Below are positions 27,819 to 41,057 of a stretch of 64,000 bases of DNA, one piece after another. Location of the stretch: assembly GCA_951406725.2 (NCBI GenBank), contig OX597821.1:60760001-60824000 (forward strand). Reading direction: 5' to 3'. Made by a program: the position numbers and the translations under genes. Each line of letters starts with the position of its first letter. Position 1 is the stretch's first letter. The notes beneath the pieces were generated by a model. It did not search any database. It saw only the letters and a program-made list of their open reading frames with translations, and was not told where the DNA came from. Origin of the DNA: Octopus vulgaris. Lineage: Eukaryota.

Positions 27819-27822
<4 letters not shown>
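27640..27822 (+). mobile_element. Penelope-like element terminal fragment with hammerhead-like motif
   Basis: ctgtggaa-gagc-gtag-gctc-gaaacg, followed by a pyrimidine-rich tail that ends in (TA)n. Related to 32190-32625. Confidence 0.55.
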
Positions 27823-27854
<32 letters not shown>

Positions 27855-29128
27855 TACCTCTCTTTCTCGCTATCTATCTATCTTTTCGAATTCATGAGGT
27901 TACACAGTCGGTATATTCGTTAGAACATGTTTCAACTACAAGCATTATAAATCTCACGAGTTGTGTGAAAAAAACAACAACAGGACCTGAACCCCACATG
28001 ACAACATCATGAAACTGTAATAGCAAATTTTCACCAAAATTAAGCGGGCAGAAGGTCTCAAAGTTCGAGGAAAAGAAACAGTCGATTGTATCCGTTTCCT
28101 GGTATTTATAAAGTATCAGACAGAAGAAATATGTGAAAAGCAGTAGGATTCAATGCATGAAGGCAATAGATTGGCAGAGTCAACAGAGTGGAGAGTAAAT
28201 GTTTTATGGTACAAGTTACAGCTCTTTATGTTCCAGTTTCAAATCACGGCGAGGTTAACTTTGCATTTCCTTCTACCATTCGAGTGTTGAGGTCAATTTA
28301 ATTAGCTTCTCTTCTCTGCCTACATGTTATGGACTGGTTTCGTTAAGCAGAGCGATGACCCTTGTTCAAAAGTGTGACACCAAGGACAGGTAGAGTGCTA
28401 CAAAGGTTAGGTGACACTGAAGTTACATCAATATCATTTATCTGCAACACTATATGCTGCTGCCCACACAATTCGCACATACATGTACGCACAGACTCCT
28501 TCGTTCAATCATTTTCATGCATTCTCTCTCTGCAGCTCTCTGTTTTTGACTCTCTGGTCTCTCAGTGTCTCCCTCTCTTTGTCTGGCTGTCTGTAACACT
28601 CTAAAGGCAAACTTTATTGAAAGAGATAACACACGCACACATGCACACACATACACACACACGCGCGCACACACGAGCACACACGCTCCCACACTTACGC
28701 ACTCGTACACAGAAGCACGCACAAAAGAAGTCACGACACTTAAAAAAATTTTCTGAAAATACAGCAGAATCATCGTTTCTCATATCTTCTAGGTTGACAT
28801 AGATCTCGCTAGGCAATCAATTCGCTTGCTAGAAATAACAACTAAATCTTCTCCCATGGCACAGCCTATCTTCTTTAAAAAATGAATGAAACATTGCATA
28901 ATACAGTCTTGAAAGTCATGTGGATGTTTACCACTGAAATGTAATTTCCCATAGATATGCACAGTCGGGAATGCGCGTTCCCCAAGGGTTAAAGTGTTGG
29001 GCTCACGGCTGTGAGCCTGGTTGTGGGTTCCATACATGGATCGGATGCTGTGTGTGTTCGTCTCAGTTTGATATATATTAAGGGTTATTTACCTTTCTCA
29101 GGTTTTATTCACCATTTAACAAACATAC

Positions 29129-29169
29129 AGAGTGCTTGCTACAAATTGAAAAAGATCTCCAAAACGAGA
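29129..29169 (-). CDS. 41-nt internal coding exon (SRFGDLFQFVASTL)
   Basis: Acceptor ttgtgctattataaatcag, donor TCT|GTATGT. Phase 0 in and phase 2 out exactly bridges exons 35703-35572 and 23746-23638 (CT+A = Leu). Confidence 0.6.
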
Positions 29170-29268
29170 CTGATTTATAATAGCACAACAAACAAGGGAG
29201 GCTATTCAGTTTTATAATGATAGGTTACAGTTCACGGTTGCTCTCCTTTATTGAGCTAAATGAGTACT

Positions 29269-29269
29269 T

Positions 29270-29317
<48 letters not shown>
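29269..29317. repeat. (GCA)n microsatellite
   Basis: About 16 units. Confidence 0.95.
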
Positions 29318-29319
<2 letters not shown>

Positions 29320-29599
29320 GGTAGCCTTGCAACGGTCTCGCATTGCATCTAAAGTAGAATCTTGTACCCTCAATTTAGATCCAACGAAACGGACAACAAA
29401 CTTCAGACAGCCTTTAAATTTAATATTCAATCAGAGCTGACCTGGAACTATGCAACAATAACCGCACGATTCAGTCATCAGAGAGTTTAGCAATGAATAG
29501 ACACGTCATTTTCTAAGTCGGCAACGACTACGTTGAGGTTAACTCGTTGGGTTGCGAGCGAATTTTCTTTTTTATCAATTAACTTCCTACAATTATTAG

Positions 29600-30317
29600 A
29601 CTGAGGCAATGTCGGGGCACCACCTTCAAAGGTTTAGTCGAACAATTCGACCCCTGTACTTTTCTAAAGTCTGATAATTATTATATCAGTTCCTTTCTAC
29701 CAGACTACTAAGTTACGTAAACGCATCAACACTGGTTGTTAAGCGCTGGTGGGGGACAAACAAAGGCACAGACACAAACCCACAAGCACACAGACATACC
29801 GTAAATCCTCGAGTATAGTCCGCCTTTGAATATAATATGCAGGGGATTTTTAGGAGGCTGTACCTCTGAAAGACCTAAACCTTGTGTATAATACGCACCC
29901 CTTCTCTAACTTGAGTCAAGGAAGTCGATATAACGTCCTTGGTTTGTAAAAATGCATACAGTAACGTCTTTTATCGTTATTGTATATATAACATAATGCA
30001 AACGTGTAGCATTTTTTGCTGAAAATAAAGAAGTAACAGTAATAACGTTTAATAAATGTTGCTTACGGCAAGTTATGGATGATTCTTTTATGACTTCATT
30101 TCTTTCAGGCTTAGCTTAAGGTATTTTCGCGCCCGACATCACAAAATGCGTCTGAATAAACATTGCCAGACAGCAAATAGAGACACAGACATTGCTTAGA
30201 AAATATTTCTCATTTTTAATCTCGTATATAGTACGCACTAGGGATTAAGACCTTTAAATTTTGCGAAAAATATGCGGATTATACTCAAAGATTTACAGTA
30301 CACGCACATACATATAT

Positions 30318-30371
<54 letters not shown>

Positions 30372-30500
30372 GACGGGATTCATTCAGTTTCTGTCTACTA
30401 CATCTACTCATAAGGCTTTAGTCGGACCGAGGCAATAGTAGTGCCACGCTATGGGACTTACCCGAACCCATGTGGTTGTGAAGCAAACTTCTTATAATGC
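29600..30500 (-). mobile_element. SINE family B copy interrupted by a MITE
   Basis: The 3' half (29600-29790) and 5' half (30370-30500) match the reverse complement of 34721-35182. Confidence 0.75.
29799..30298. mobile_element. pogo/Tigger-type MITE
   Basis: TA|ccgtaaatcctcgagtatagtccgc ... gcggattatactcaaagatttacag|TA terminal inverted repeats, plus internal tataatacgcaccc-like subterminal repeats. Confidence 0.8.
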
Positions 30501-30864
30501 ATCGACTATGTAAATCTTTGATTTTCATAGACGGTGGTTATACTCGCCTTCATTGATTACTAAGGGGGGCAACTGCAGGTACGAAGACATCCGTTGAGTT
30601 TTGCGCGGTAGCCACTGTATACAGTTTATTTATAACTTTCACACAAACACTTACGCGCGCGCATACACACACATATTAATGCAGACACGAATACACATAT
30701 TTGTATGAAAAGTTAGCTTTACCTACATCTATGCCGACATATATACGCATAATGTATTGGAAGATGTTGTAAAGTATATACTTAACAGCATATATAGATA
30801 TATAACAAGAGGGATTAATAAATGTGTGCGTATATGTATATGTATATATATGTATGTATGTATG

Positions 30865-30908
<44 letters not shown>

Positions 30909-31571
30909 CATACATATATATATACACATAGATAATTATGCGTATATAAATATGTACACGCATATACACAAATACACGCTCACACATGTACATACCTGTA
31001 TATTTCCATACACAAACTCTATTATGTGTAAGCGACGATAAACACGAATTTAATATAGGTTCTTGCAATTACTGGTTTTAAATGGATACATAATTTTGAT
31101 TTTATATATATATATATATTGTGTGTGTGTGTGTATACATCCTCTCACACGCACATTCAAATACATATATGCATAACTACATGGTTGTGTGTATGTGCGT
31201 GCGTGTGTGTGTGTATGTGTGTGTGTGAACGGCAATAAACACAGCCGCTTGCAATTACTGATTTTAATGGATACATAATTTTTGATTTGTTATTTATTCG
31301 TTATTTCCACTATTTATGAGTTTAGCTATAAAATCTCCCTTAATAGGATAATGCATTGTGGAGAACAACAGATTTTGATGCGAAAGAGCTTTTTGAAAGC
31401 TACACAACCACGCCTTCGTTCCTATACAGACCAAGCACTCTATCGGGGGGAAAATCTCTTCCATACATTTTAATATCATAATCTAGACACGCATGCGTGT
31501 AGAGACACATCCGCGCATACACACATATACACACATTAGCACAAATATATAATATACAGATGCATAATATA

Positions 31572-31617
<46 letters not shown>

Positions 31618-31969
31618 TATGTGTAATATACATATGTACGTGTATAGTATACATGTACACACATATATAATATGCATTTTAATTTATGTGTGATAAACGG
31701 GGTTTAAAACCCATGATTTCGGGTTCTTTCGATTCGCACGATTGATTGTAGAGGTCAGCAGGGTGAAAATGGAAGCTATAGTGCTAAGCGATGCAAACGG
31801 TGTAGATATCGCTAGATTCATCAGTTGAGATAATCCCGTTTTATCGTACATAACTTAACATGACTATCAATCTACTCTTTATCAGATGATGCTGTATTGA
31901 AAACGTGTTTCTAATTTAAAATAAATAGAATTTTCTATGTATATGTATACGTGTGCATGTATGTATATG

Positions 31970-32081
<112 letters not shown>

Positions 32082-32189
32082 AGGAAAGAAAGGGTGTTTT
32101 ACATTTCGAGCAGAATGCATACATACATACATGCATACATACATGCATGCATGCATACATACATATATATATTTATAAACATGTTTTCA

Positions 32190-32625
32190 ATATGTGACCG
32201 CGTGTGTATCGCTGGCAATTTTCTTTCTCCATCTTTCCTTCCTTGGACCTTTCCTTTTTCTATGTTTATGACGAAGAGCGCCGCTCAAAACGTTAAATCG
32301 TCCTTCTTTCTTTCCTTTCCTGAGCGTCCAATAACGCTTGTTCCACGTCCTCGAATTGTTGTGTTTTCTCTTTGTTCATGATTGGATTAACTATATATAT
32401 ATATATATATATACAATTAATAAAAAAACGGAGAGAAAATGGGAAGGAAAAAAAACAAGAACGCGAGGACGTGGTACATGCAAAGTATTAATATGACGCA
32501 CAGAGAAGGAAAGAAAGAGTGGTTGTTTTACGTTTCGAGCAAGGCTCTTCTTCGGAAACAGGAGACATGGGAAAATACAAAAGAAAAGGAAGAAAGAGGA
32601 AAAAATCGCAACAGTCCACGTGTAC
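32190..32625. mobile_element. two Penelope-like terminal fragments, tail to tail around (TA)n
   Basis: Plus copy has atgacgaagagcgccgctcaaaacg (32268); minus copy has ccgaagaagagccttgctcgaaacg (32555-32531). Both continue into ctttctttcctt...ccacgtcctcg. Confidence 0.55.
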
Positions 32626-32724
32626 TTACATCTAAGAGATGTATGTATATATATATGTATAAGTATATATATATGTATATGTATATGTATATATATATGT
32701 ATATGTATATGTATATATATATAT

Positions 32725-32917
32725 ACTCTTTTACTCTTTTACCTGTTTTACCTGCTGGAGCACCACCTTTAGTCGAGCAAGTCGACCCCGGGACTTATTC
32801 TTTGTAAGCCCAGTACTTATTCTCTCGGTCTCTTTTGCTGAACCGCTAATTGACGGGGACGTAATCACACACCAGCATCGGTTGTCAAGGAATGCTAGGG
32901 GGACAAACACAGACACA

Positions 32918-32999
<82 letters not shown>

Positions 33000-33592
33000 C
33001 ATATATACGACGGGCTTCTTTCAGTTTCCGTCTACCAAATCCACTCACAAGGCTATGGTCGGCCCGAGGCTATAGTAGAAGACACTTGCCCAAGATACTC
33101 CGCGGTGGGACTGAACCCGGAACCATGTGGTTGGTAAGCAAGCTACTTACCACACAGCCACTCCTGCGCCTATATATATTCTTTCTTTCTTTCTTTTACT
33201 TGTTTCAGTCATTTAACTGCGGCCATGTTGGAGCACCGCCTTTAGTCGAGCAAATCGACCCCGGGACTTATTCTTTGTAAGCCCAGTACTTATTCTATCG
33301 GTCTCTTTTTGCCGAAACGCTAATTTACGGTGACGTAAACACACCAGCATTGGTTGTCAAGCAATGCTAGGGGGACAAACACAGACACACAAACACACAC
33401 ACATACATATATATATATATACATATATACGACAGGCTTCTTTCAGTTTCCGTCTACCAAATCCACTCACAAGGCATTGGTCGGCCCAAGGCTATAGCAG
33501 AAGACACTTGCCCAAGATGCCACGCAGTGGGACTGAACCCGGAACCATGTGGTTGGCTAGCAAGCTACTTACTACACAGCCACTCCTGCGCC

Positions 33593-33593
<1 letters not shown>
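32725..33593 (-). mobile_element. two tandem full-length SINE family B copies
   Basis: 32725-33171 and 33192-33593 each have head ...cacagccactcctgcgcc and an internal (CA)n(TA)n. Confidence 0.92.
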
Positions 33594-33637
<44 letters not shown>

Positions 33638-34720
33638 GGTTTGTTGCCAACTTAATGTGGCAGTCCCAGGAAAGGGAAAAATGCTACCGCTATTTAGCCC
33701 CATGAAACACCGTTTCCAGTTGGCCATGACACCTTTTCTGTGTCCTTATGTTTTTGGGGGTGAAGGGCCTATGTATGCGAGGCGTGCACTGTATGCCTTA
33801 CTATTTTTCTAGTATAAATAATCTTTGTGTAAAACAAAATTAACTATTATGTTTAACTGTCCTCATTGTCCTCGTGATATATTTTTGTATTTCCCATCCC
33901 TTCATTTCTTAGGATAAATTGTAAACAATCAATATTTTTTAAACAAGTCTAAGCAGAGAAATCTCATGTTTGCGTAGCGAGAAAAGTAGGAGGCGCAGTG
34001 AATTGATTGCTTTCCTCTTCTTATTGAGAAGGGAGCGTCAATGAAAAATGAAACAAAAGAAAAATCAAAACAAAAGAACACAAAAAAGTGAGCAGTCAAA
34101 AGAGAGAAAGGCAGAAAAAAAGCGGATTTTTTCCTGCTTGCTTTCAATTTTAGCAGAGGCGTAGCCATGCTCTGAATTTCAGGGAAGTGAGCATATAAAA
34201 AGGCGTCGTGACATACCAAACAATCTAAAACTCATTTCACTCGTATTACGCGAAGTCTTTCATTAGTTATAATATACGTAATTGTATTCTACACCTATTA
34301 ATTCTATGTGTCAATTACAATGTCATTATGTTATAAATCTACAGCTACTGCTGCAGGTGTAACGTGAAAAAGATGAAACCCCACGGGATTGTTGAGTGTA
34401 AAGAGGTTATGACGTCAGGGCTTATTTTGGTTCGTCACCCGACAGTTCAAAAGCAAGAGTCAAAACAAACTAATGAGAAGTCAAAAGATAGAAAAGCAGG
34501 AAAAAGCAATTTTTTTCTGCTTGCTTTCAGTCATAGCAAACAAAAGGCAATGGTGTTAGTTTCTTCGTATTCCCATCGGGAAAGCAACGTCAAAAAGAGA
34601 CAAAAATAAACGGGCGAGAAGCGCTGATGTTTTTAGTACCCTGTGCAGCAGAGATCAAAAACTTTCCTATTCAAAAGACTTAAAATTTTCCTCATAGTCG
34701 GATAGATTTAGACGAGAAAT

Positions 34721-34886
34721 AGGCGTAAGAGCCGCTGTGTGGTAAGTAGCTTGCTTACCAACTACATGGTTCCGGGTTCAGTCCCACTGCGTGGCACCTT
34801 GGACAAGTGTCTTCTACTATAGCCTCGGGCCGACCAAAGCCTTGTGAGTGGATTTGGTAGACGGAAACTGAAAAAAGCCTGTCGTA

Positions 34887-34958
<72 letters not shown>

Positions 34959-35182
34959 CGTGTGTGTATATGTTTGTGTGTCTGTGTTTGTCCCCCCTTC
35001 ATCGCTTGACAACCGATGCTGGTGTGTGATTACGTCCCCGTAACTTAGCGGTTCGGCAAAAGAGACCGATAGAATAAGTACTAGACTTACAAAGAATAAG
35101 GCCTGGGGTCGATTTGCTCGACTAAGGGCGGTGCTCCAGCATGGCCACATTCAAATGACTGAAACAAGTAAAAAGAGTAAAA
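34721..35182 (+). mobile_element. full-length SINE family B
   Basis: tRNA-like head (gtgtggtaag...ggttccgggttcagtccc), CORE-like gcaccttggacaagtgtctt, internal (TA)n, tail gtaaaaagagtaaaa. Confidence 0.92.
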
Positions 35183-35571
35183 AAATCAATTTGCAAGTTC
35201 GTTGTATTGTTGATGCTGGTGTATTCCAAATCATCCTTCGTCACTGATATATATACATTTTTTCGGACAGTGAACCCTAGATCATATAAAGTAGTATGCA
35301 AACAAGGTTTTTCAACCCAATATTTACATGCTTTTATTTATAGGTTTATGTGCTTCGCGATGCCCTGTTCCAAAAATGAAATGTCTTTAACTAGGCGCTC
35401 TGTAAATATGTGGTTTCGGATTGGGTTCCACTGCGCATCATCTGCTCGATCAAAACCGTATGAGTGCAATTTGATGAAGAGTAAGTGTATAGAAACTCAT
35501 TGGAGGATGGAGAGAGATGTTCTTGCTTTTCCATAGTAGGTTTAATCCGTCATCTAGTTTAACGAAATTAC

Positions 35572-35703
35572 CATCCAGCCATTGAGAGGAATATCTTTAG
35601 TGGTGACACTCTGTTGGATATATTTGTAGTAGATTTCCCGCTTGAGGATAACCCCTTCCTTTCCGTCAACCAGTCTTGGAAACCTTGGAGAGGGTCGAAG
35701 ATG
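35572..35703 (-). CDS. internal coding exon (HLRPSPRFPRLVDGKEGVILKREIYYKYIQQSVTTKDIPLNGWM)
   Basis: Long polypyrimidine tract ending ttttgtttttgacag, donor ATG|GTAATT; 132 nt, phase 0/0, open frame. Confidence 0.75.
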
Positions 35704-36029
35704 CTGTCAAAAACAAAACAAAGCAAGCGAAACAAAAGACAAGTGAAATAAAAGCAAAAAGAAAACGACAAGAAACAGAAGAAAAAACAGATTGAAAACC
35801 GAAATGAAGTCTAACTTTCATTATATAAGAATAGTAATTTTACGATAGCAACCACAAATTCTGTACGGTACAAGACAAATTAATATTGGTTCCTTAAATA
35901 AGCAAAAGGCTAGGCCCTAAAAACTTTCGAGACATCGCGAAATATTTCTATTATATATATATGTATGCATATTTATATCTATCTATCTGTCTATCCGTCT
36001 GTGTGTCTGCGTGTCTGTCTGTCTGTTTG

Positions 36030-36520
36030 AAGGCTCTGTGACAGGTGATTCGTATGTGGGCATGCTTGGCAAGAAGATGATGCCCCACGTGCATTTACTT
36101 GGATGGGGAAATCCTGTCTGGTTTCAGCAGGATGGGGTCCGCTCGATTATACATTACAGGTTAGTGATTTTCTGAATGAACATTTTCCACGGAGATGGCT
36201 CGGGCATCACGGGCTAATTGAATGAACACCACGGTCACCAGATTCAACTCGCATGGAGCTTTTCGTTTGGGGGCTACATTAAATCCCTTGTGTATTCTGA
36301 AAAGATTCGTGACGAAGGACATTTACTTGAAAGAATTGTTGAAGACTGTGAACGACAATGAAGAATTATTTGAGAGGGTTCATCGCAATTTCAAATTCCG
36401 TATCAACACTTGTTTTGAGTTACAGCGCCAACACTTTGGACATTTGAAATGGACTTCCTACTTCATTGCTAATAAATCATTCGTGATATCTCCCATTTTT
36501 TGACCCATTTTGTGACCACC

Positions 36521-36522
<2 letters not shown>
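36030..36522 (+). mobile_element. IS630-Tc1-mariner transposase 3' relic with right TIR
   Basis: VWFQQDG...VSDFLNEHFPRRWLG..G.IE*TPRSPD, matching WFQQDGA and WPPRSPDL. Ends in ttttgtgaccaccctg|TA. Confidence 0.85.
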
Positions 36523-36577
<55 letters not shown>

Positions 36578-36609
36578 AATATATATATACATATATATTA
36601 CATACATAT

Positions 36610-37033
36610 AAGAGGGATGACCACTACGGGGACATCCAGTATGCTAGAAGTAGATGCGCTATGGTTTTACCATTAAGAAAGGAATGTTCCCAAGAAAATT
36701 TAGCAAACACCAGAACGTAAGCGAGCAGGGCAAATGAAAAGAAACAGAATATAGATTAATGACAAACCAGTTTCGCAACGTAATTGTCCGTAGCTCATCA
36801 GTATGATCGTCTTTGCAAATACAATTTGAAGAACTATACACGAGAAGTCCGCATGAGATTGAACGTGTATACAGGTCTTCCAATTACACTTGGGGTTATG
36901 TTTCAAAAGTCTCCGTTTTGGTGCGCTAAAAGATTTCTGAATCTTGAGATTTTAATATGCTAGACCACTGGTTTCAAATTGATATTAATCAAATTAACAT
37001 TCAATTTTTCACCCTTATTATTTCAATTTTAAA

Positions 37034-37036
<3 letters not shown>
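36610..37036 (-). mobile_element. unclassified repeat between (TA)n tracts, end related to the element at 23861
   Basis: The reverse complement starts aataagggtgaaaaattgaatgttaatttgattaatatcaatttgaaaccagtg, similar to aattgagggtaaaattaattaattattaatcaatttcaccaagtg. Confidence 0.4.
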
Positions 37037-37125
<89 letters not shown>

Positions 37126-37126
37126 A

Positions 37127-37200
<74 letters not shown>

Positions 37201-38083
37201 AAACAGGATATTTGAAGCATTGCAATATGTGATATAAATGATTTCAAAGCTTTCATGCAATGCAGGTGAGGAGGTAGGAAAAATATGAAAGGTGATGTCA
37301 GTAAATAAAAACAAACATCAAGAACATATTTTATTACGTTATAAAGACTATTTAATAATCTTTCGGGAGAGATTCCTATTATCAAATATGAAAAATAAAA
37401 GAACCCAATTATTCGGAGAAATGTTTTGTTTCTCCTCTTTCTTTGCAAGCTGTTGATAATATATTCATTCTCACCCCCACCTGCAGTGAAGCACGATAAC
37501 GTATATCAGTGTTTGTGTGTGTGTGATTCAGTATATGCTTGAGTGTACAAGTTATTAAATTTCTGAATATCCATTTCATAACAAAAGCAACATAAATCTA
37601 TGTATGATGTCTCAGTATTGTTTTACACGAAATCGTATACTGATACCTTACGTTGGCACAAGGCACATGCATCTGCAAAGAAGATATATGATTCATCAAA
37701 TACATCGCATGAGATGAATTGCCTTTATCGAATTGTCACGTATAGGGAAAATGTGTAATTTATCTGAAGTGCTCTTGAATTAAAAACCTTTATAATCTAA
37801 AGGGTCACTTAACTATTTAGTGAAATCCATCTGGTGTGGCACTCCAGTGTCTCTGCTACTTGAATATTAATTAACATTAAAATATCAAGGGGTATTAAGC
37901 ACAGAGATGACTGTTTTCAGATTTTATACTGTAGTCGTTAAAAGCATATATATGCTCATATATTTCACTCAGCCTATGTGTGTTTATGTTCAGGTTCTTG
38001 ATCTTTTGTAACCCCAGATAATTCTTGATCGAGTTGAAATAAAATATCAAAAGCGTTCCGCACTTCATACGTGACCACCCTAC

Positions 38084-38204
38084 CAGGAAAATGGTTCTCG
38101 TTCCCCTTTTTAAAGTTATGGAGAATGGGATTTGACTCCTGTGTTTAGTAGGTCGACCAAGAATATTGAGGATCGCCTGATGTTTCGTACATATGCATTT
38201 ATGC
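38084..38204 (-). CDS. internal coding exon (xHKCICTKHQAILNILGRPTKHRSQIPFSITLKRGTRTIFL)
   Basis: Acceptor tttttcatcataccatcaaacag, donor CTG|GTAGGG. Only one frame is open, and it joins 35703 in phase 0. Confidence 0.5.
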
Positions 38205-38569
38205 CTGTTTGATGGTATGATGAAAAATAAGTCTTTTACTTCGCAAAATATGAGATTCCAGGTTCGATCCCACAGCATATCACCTTTAATAAATGTGTCT
38301 TCCACCATCGGGTCCCTTCCACATAAGCCTTTAAAATGAATCTAGGTTGACAGAAACTGAATATGAGAACGTGCAATTAACTGTACCTGTAAGTCACGTG
38401 ATTGGCTGTGCCAGCTTGTTGCTCATACTATCACGTTGACGTCTCTGACTGAGAATCACTTTATGAGTATAATACCTGTGGAATATTCAGCCATTTCTTT
38501 TATACTTCGATGTGTAAATAGTTAAGTTGATCAAACAATTGAGATACATATCGAGATCGAGAGGATATA

Positions 38570-38883
38570 TATGACTGTAAGGTAAGAAGTGTGTTTCCCA
38601 ACCGTATGCCTCCGGGTTCAGTTCCTGCACGAGGCACCTTGGGCATATGTCTTCTATATCCTCGGGTCGACCAAAGTCTTGTGAGTCGATTTGATTGACG
38701 GAATCGGAAAGAAATCCGTTTGTATAAACATATGCGTGTCTATTTGTGTGACTGTGTTTGTCCTCCTATCAGCGCTTCACAACCGACGTACTAGGCTAAC
38801 AAAGAATAAGTCCTGGGGTCTAATTGTTCGACTAAAGTCAGTGCTCCAGCATGGCCGCAGTCAAATGTCTGAAGCAAGTAAAA

Positions 38884-38886
<3 letters not shown>
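38570..38886 (+). mobile_element. SINE family B copy, internally deleted
   Basis: ggcaccttgggcatatgtcttcta ... gtgctccagcatggccgcagtcaaatg. Confidence 0.8.
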
Positions 38887-38940
<54 letters not shown>

Positions 38941-39101
38941 TATATTGAGAGATAAAAATGCGACATAACAGCAGTTCGCTGACAAACTTTTCCGATTTGT
39001 ATGGATACCTTAACAAATCGTTTATGTGTTTGAAAATAAATGATCGTCCTATTTGTATCTCACAATGCACATTTCACATTAGTTTGTTTACATTTATCAC
39101 A

Positions 39102-39152
<51 letters not shown>

Positions 39153-39256
39153 TATATAGTTAATCCTCACCCAGAAAATGAGGAAAAGCACGGCAAGAAA
39201 AAAAAAAAAAAAACAGCGTGTAAAGTATTAGCAGACGCTCAGGGAAGGAAAGAAAC

Positions 39257-39490
<234 letters not shown>

Positions 39491-41026
39491 TTATGTAGAT
39501 TCCATCTTTATCATGATTAGAGCAGTAGAGGTATAGAAGTGATTGCCTTTCTTTATATTTACTATACAAGCATGCTTTTAAATTATCTGATATCTTGAGC
39601 TGTCGGGGACTGTAACTTTGGCAAGCTTATAACAAATATAAGAATGTGATTTGATACGTCGGTTATCTACAAATTCCATCTACTGTTTCATCTGGTTAGA
39701 GAATTCTTGATGTCTATGATTCTCATGCTATGTAACACACCTTCACCATTATAAGCGTTTGCTGGAAACTCTGAAAGTCATCCATCATTACCATAATAAC
39801 TGTAGGGTCTAACGAGAACGGTTGGAGGCGAACTATTTCATTAATTAATTATTTAATCATGTATACAAACAAACGTATAACGATGAAACGGTTCCTGTAA
39901 CTATCGAAACGATCGTAATATTGTTAAGTAACAAGTTACGTAACTACATTGTCACCAAGTTTTAATCTGATTGCTATATATATATATAAATACATACATA
40001 GACAGAGAGAGAGAGAGAGAAAGAGAGAGAAAGTGAGAGTGAGAGAGAAAGAGCGAGCGAAAGAGAGAGAGAGAATGGAAAGAGAGAAAAGGAGAGAGGT
40101 TGAATAAGATAAAAAAAGACTGTGTGAGAGAAAGAATTGCTTGATTTGGTATAATCTGTGACTATGTAAAATAACATTAAGCTCATGCTTTGTAATATAC
40201 AAATATCAAGAGACTCTCGGCAACATTTCAAAAAAGTATCTCTTGACTTTATTATTCCGTCTACTCATAATAATAACTTCTACACTGATTGTAAAATTGA
40301 AGAATGTTCCCTTTATGTGTTTTTCCAACGATAAATCCCATCATGTACAAATATATAACGAGGCTGATAACTCTGTTTCGAAAAAAGAATATGACTATAA
40401 AAAAAAAAGACCATTCATAAAGACTGTAATAAGTATCTAAACCAAAGCAACAACGCCGATTTATATATTTTTTTCTCGACATATACACAAAGGCATGTTA
40501 TTCTACCAGGAAGAGAACTTGGTAATGAAAGTAGATTTAAATTTTATGACTTACTATAATATTTTGTAATACTGTGAAATGTTCAATGAGGTGACCAGAA
40601 AAGAAGATGGTGACTAGTGAAAATATATTAACATTTTCTACAGCGTGAAACAAGCTGGTATAGGTCTTTGTATGGCATTATTGAATTGAATCACCATAAT
40701 AATCTATATGGGAGATATCTTATCTCTTTGTTAGCCTGTTCTAGATTGCCTGAGACTGTACAAACAATCCATCCACAGATGTTTTGTATCTGTGCACGCT
40801 CACACATGCAAGGACTGATGCACACAAATGTGCATTCACATATGTCTACGCAAGGATATATATGTATGTGAAAGCGGCGAACGTGCAGAATGGTCAGCGT
40901 GCTGGGAAAATTGCATAGCGGCATTTCGTCTGTCTTTACGTTTCTAGTTCAAATTCTGCGGAGGTCAACTTTATCTTTCATCCCATTTGGGGTCGAGAAA
41001 ATAAGTGCTAGTATGTATGTATGTAC

Positions 41027-41057
<31 letters not shown>

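Noticed and set aside
29248-29430. Poly-Ala/poly-Gln coding tract
   Set aside because: Isolated (GCA)n within a predicted intron, with no exon boundaries.
30544-30614. Alternative exon WLPRKTQRMSSYLQLPPLVINEG for the minus-strand gene
   Set aside because: The acceptor lacks a pyrimidine tract and the donors are weak (GC or GTATAA). The 29169-29129 exon bridges the phases with better signals. Not excluded.
35568-35771. ORF-track frame IFDPLQGFQDWLTERKG for the 35.6 kb exon
   Set aside because: It ends in phase 2, which would give TG+A (stop) if joined to 23746 and is out of frame with 29169. The phase-0 frame chains correctly.
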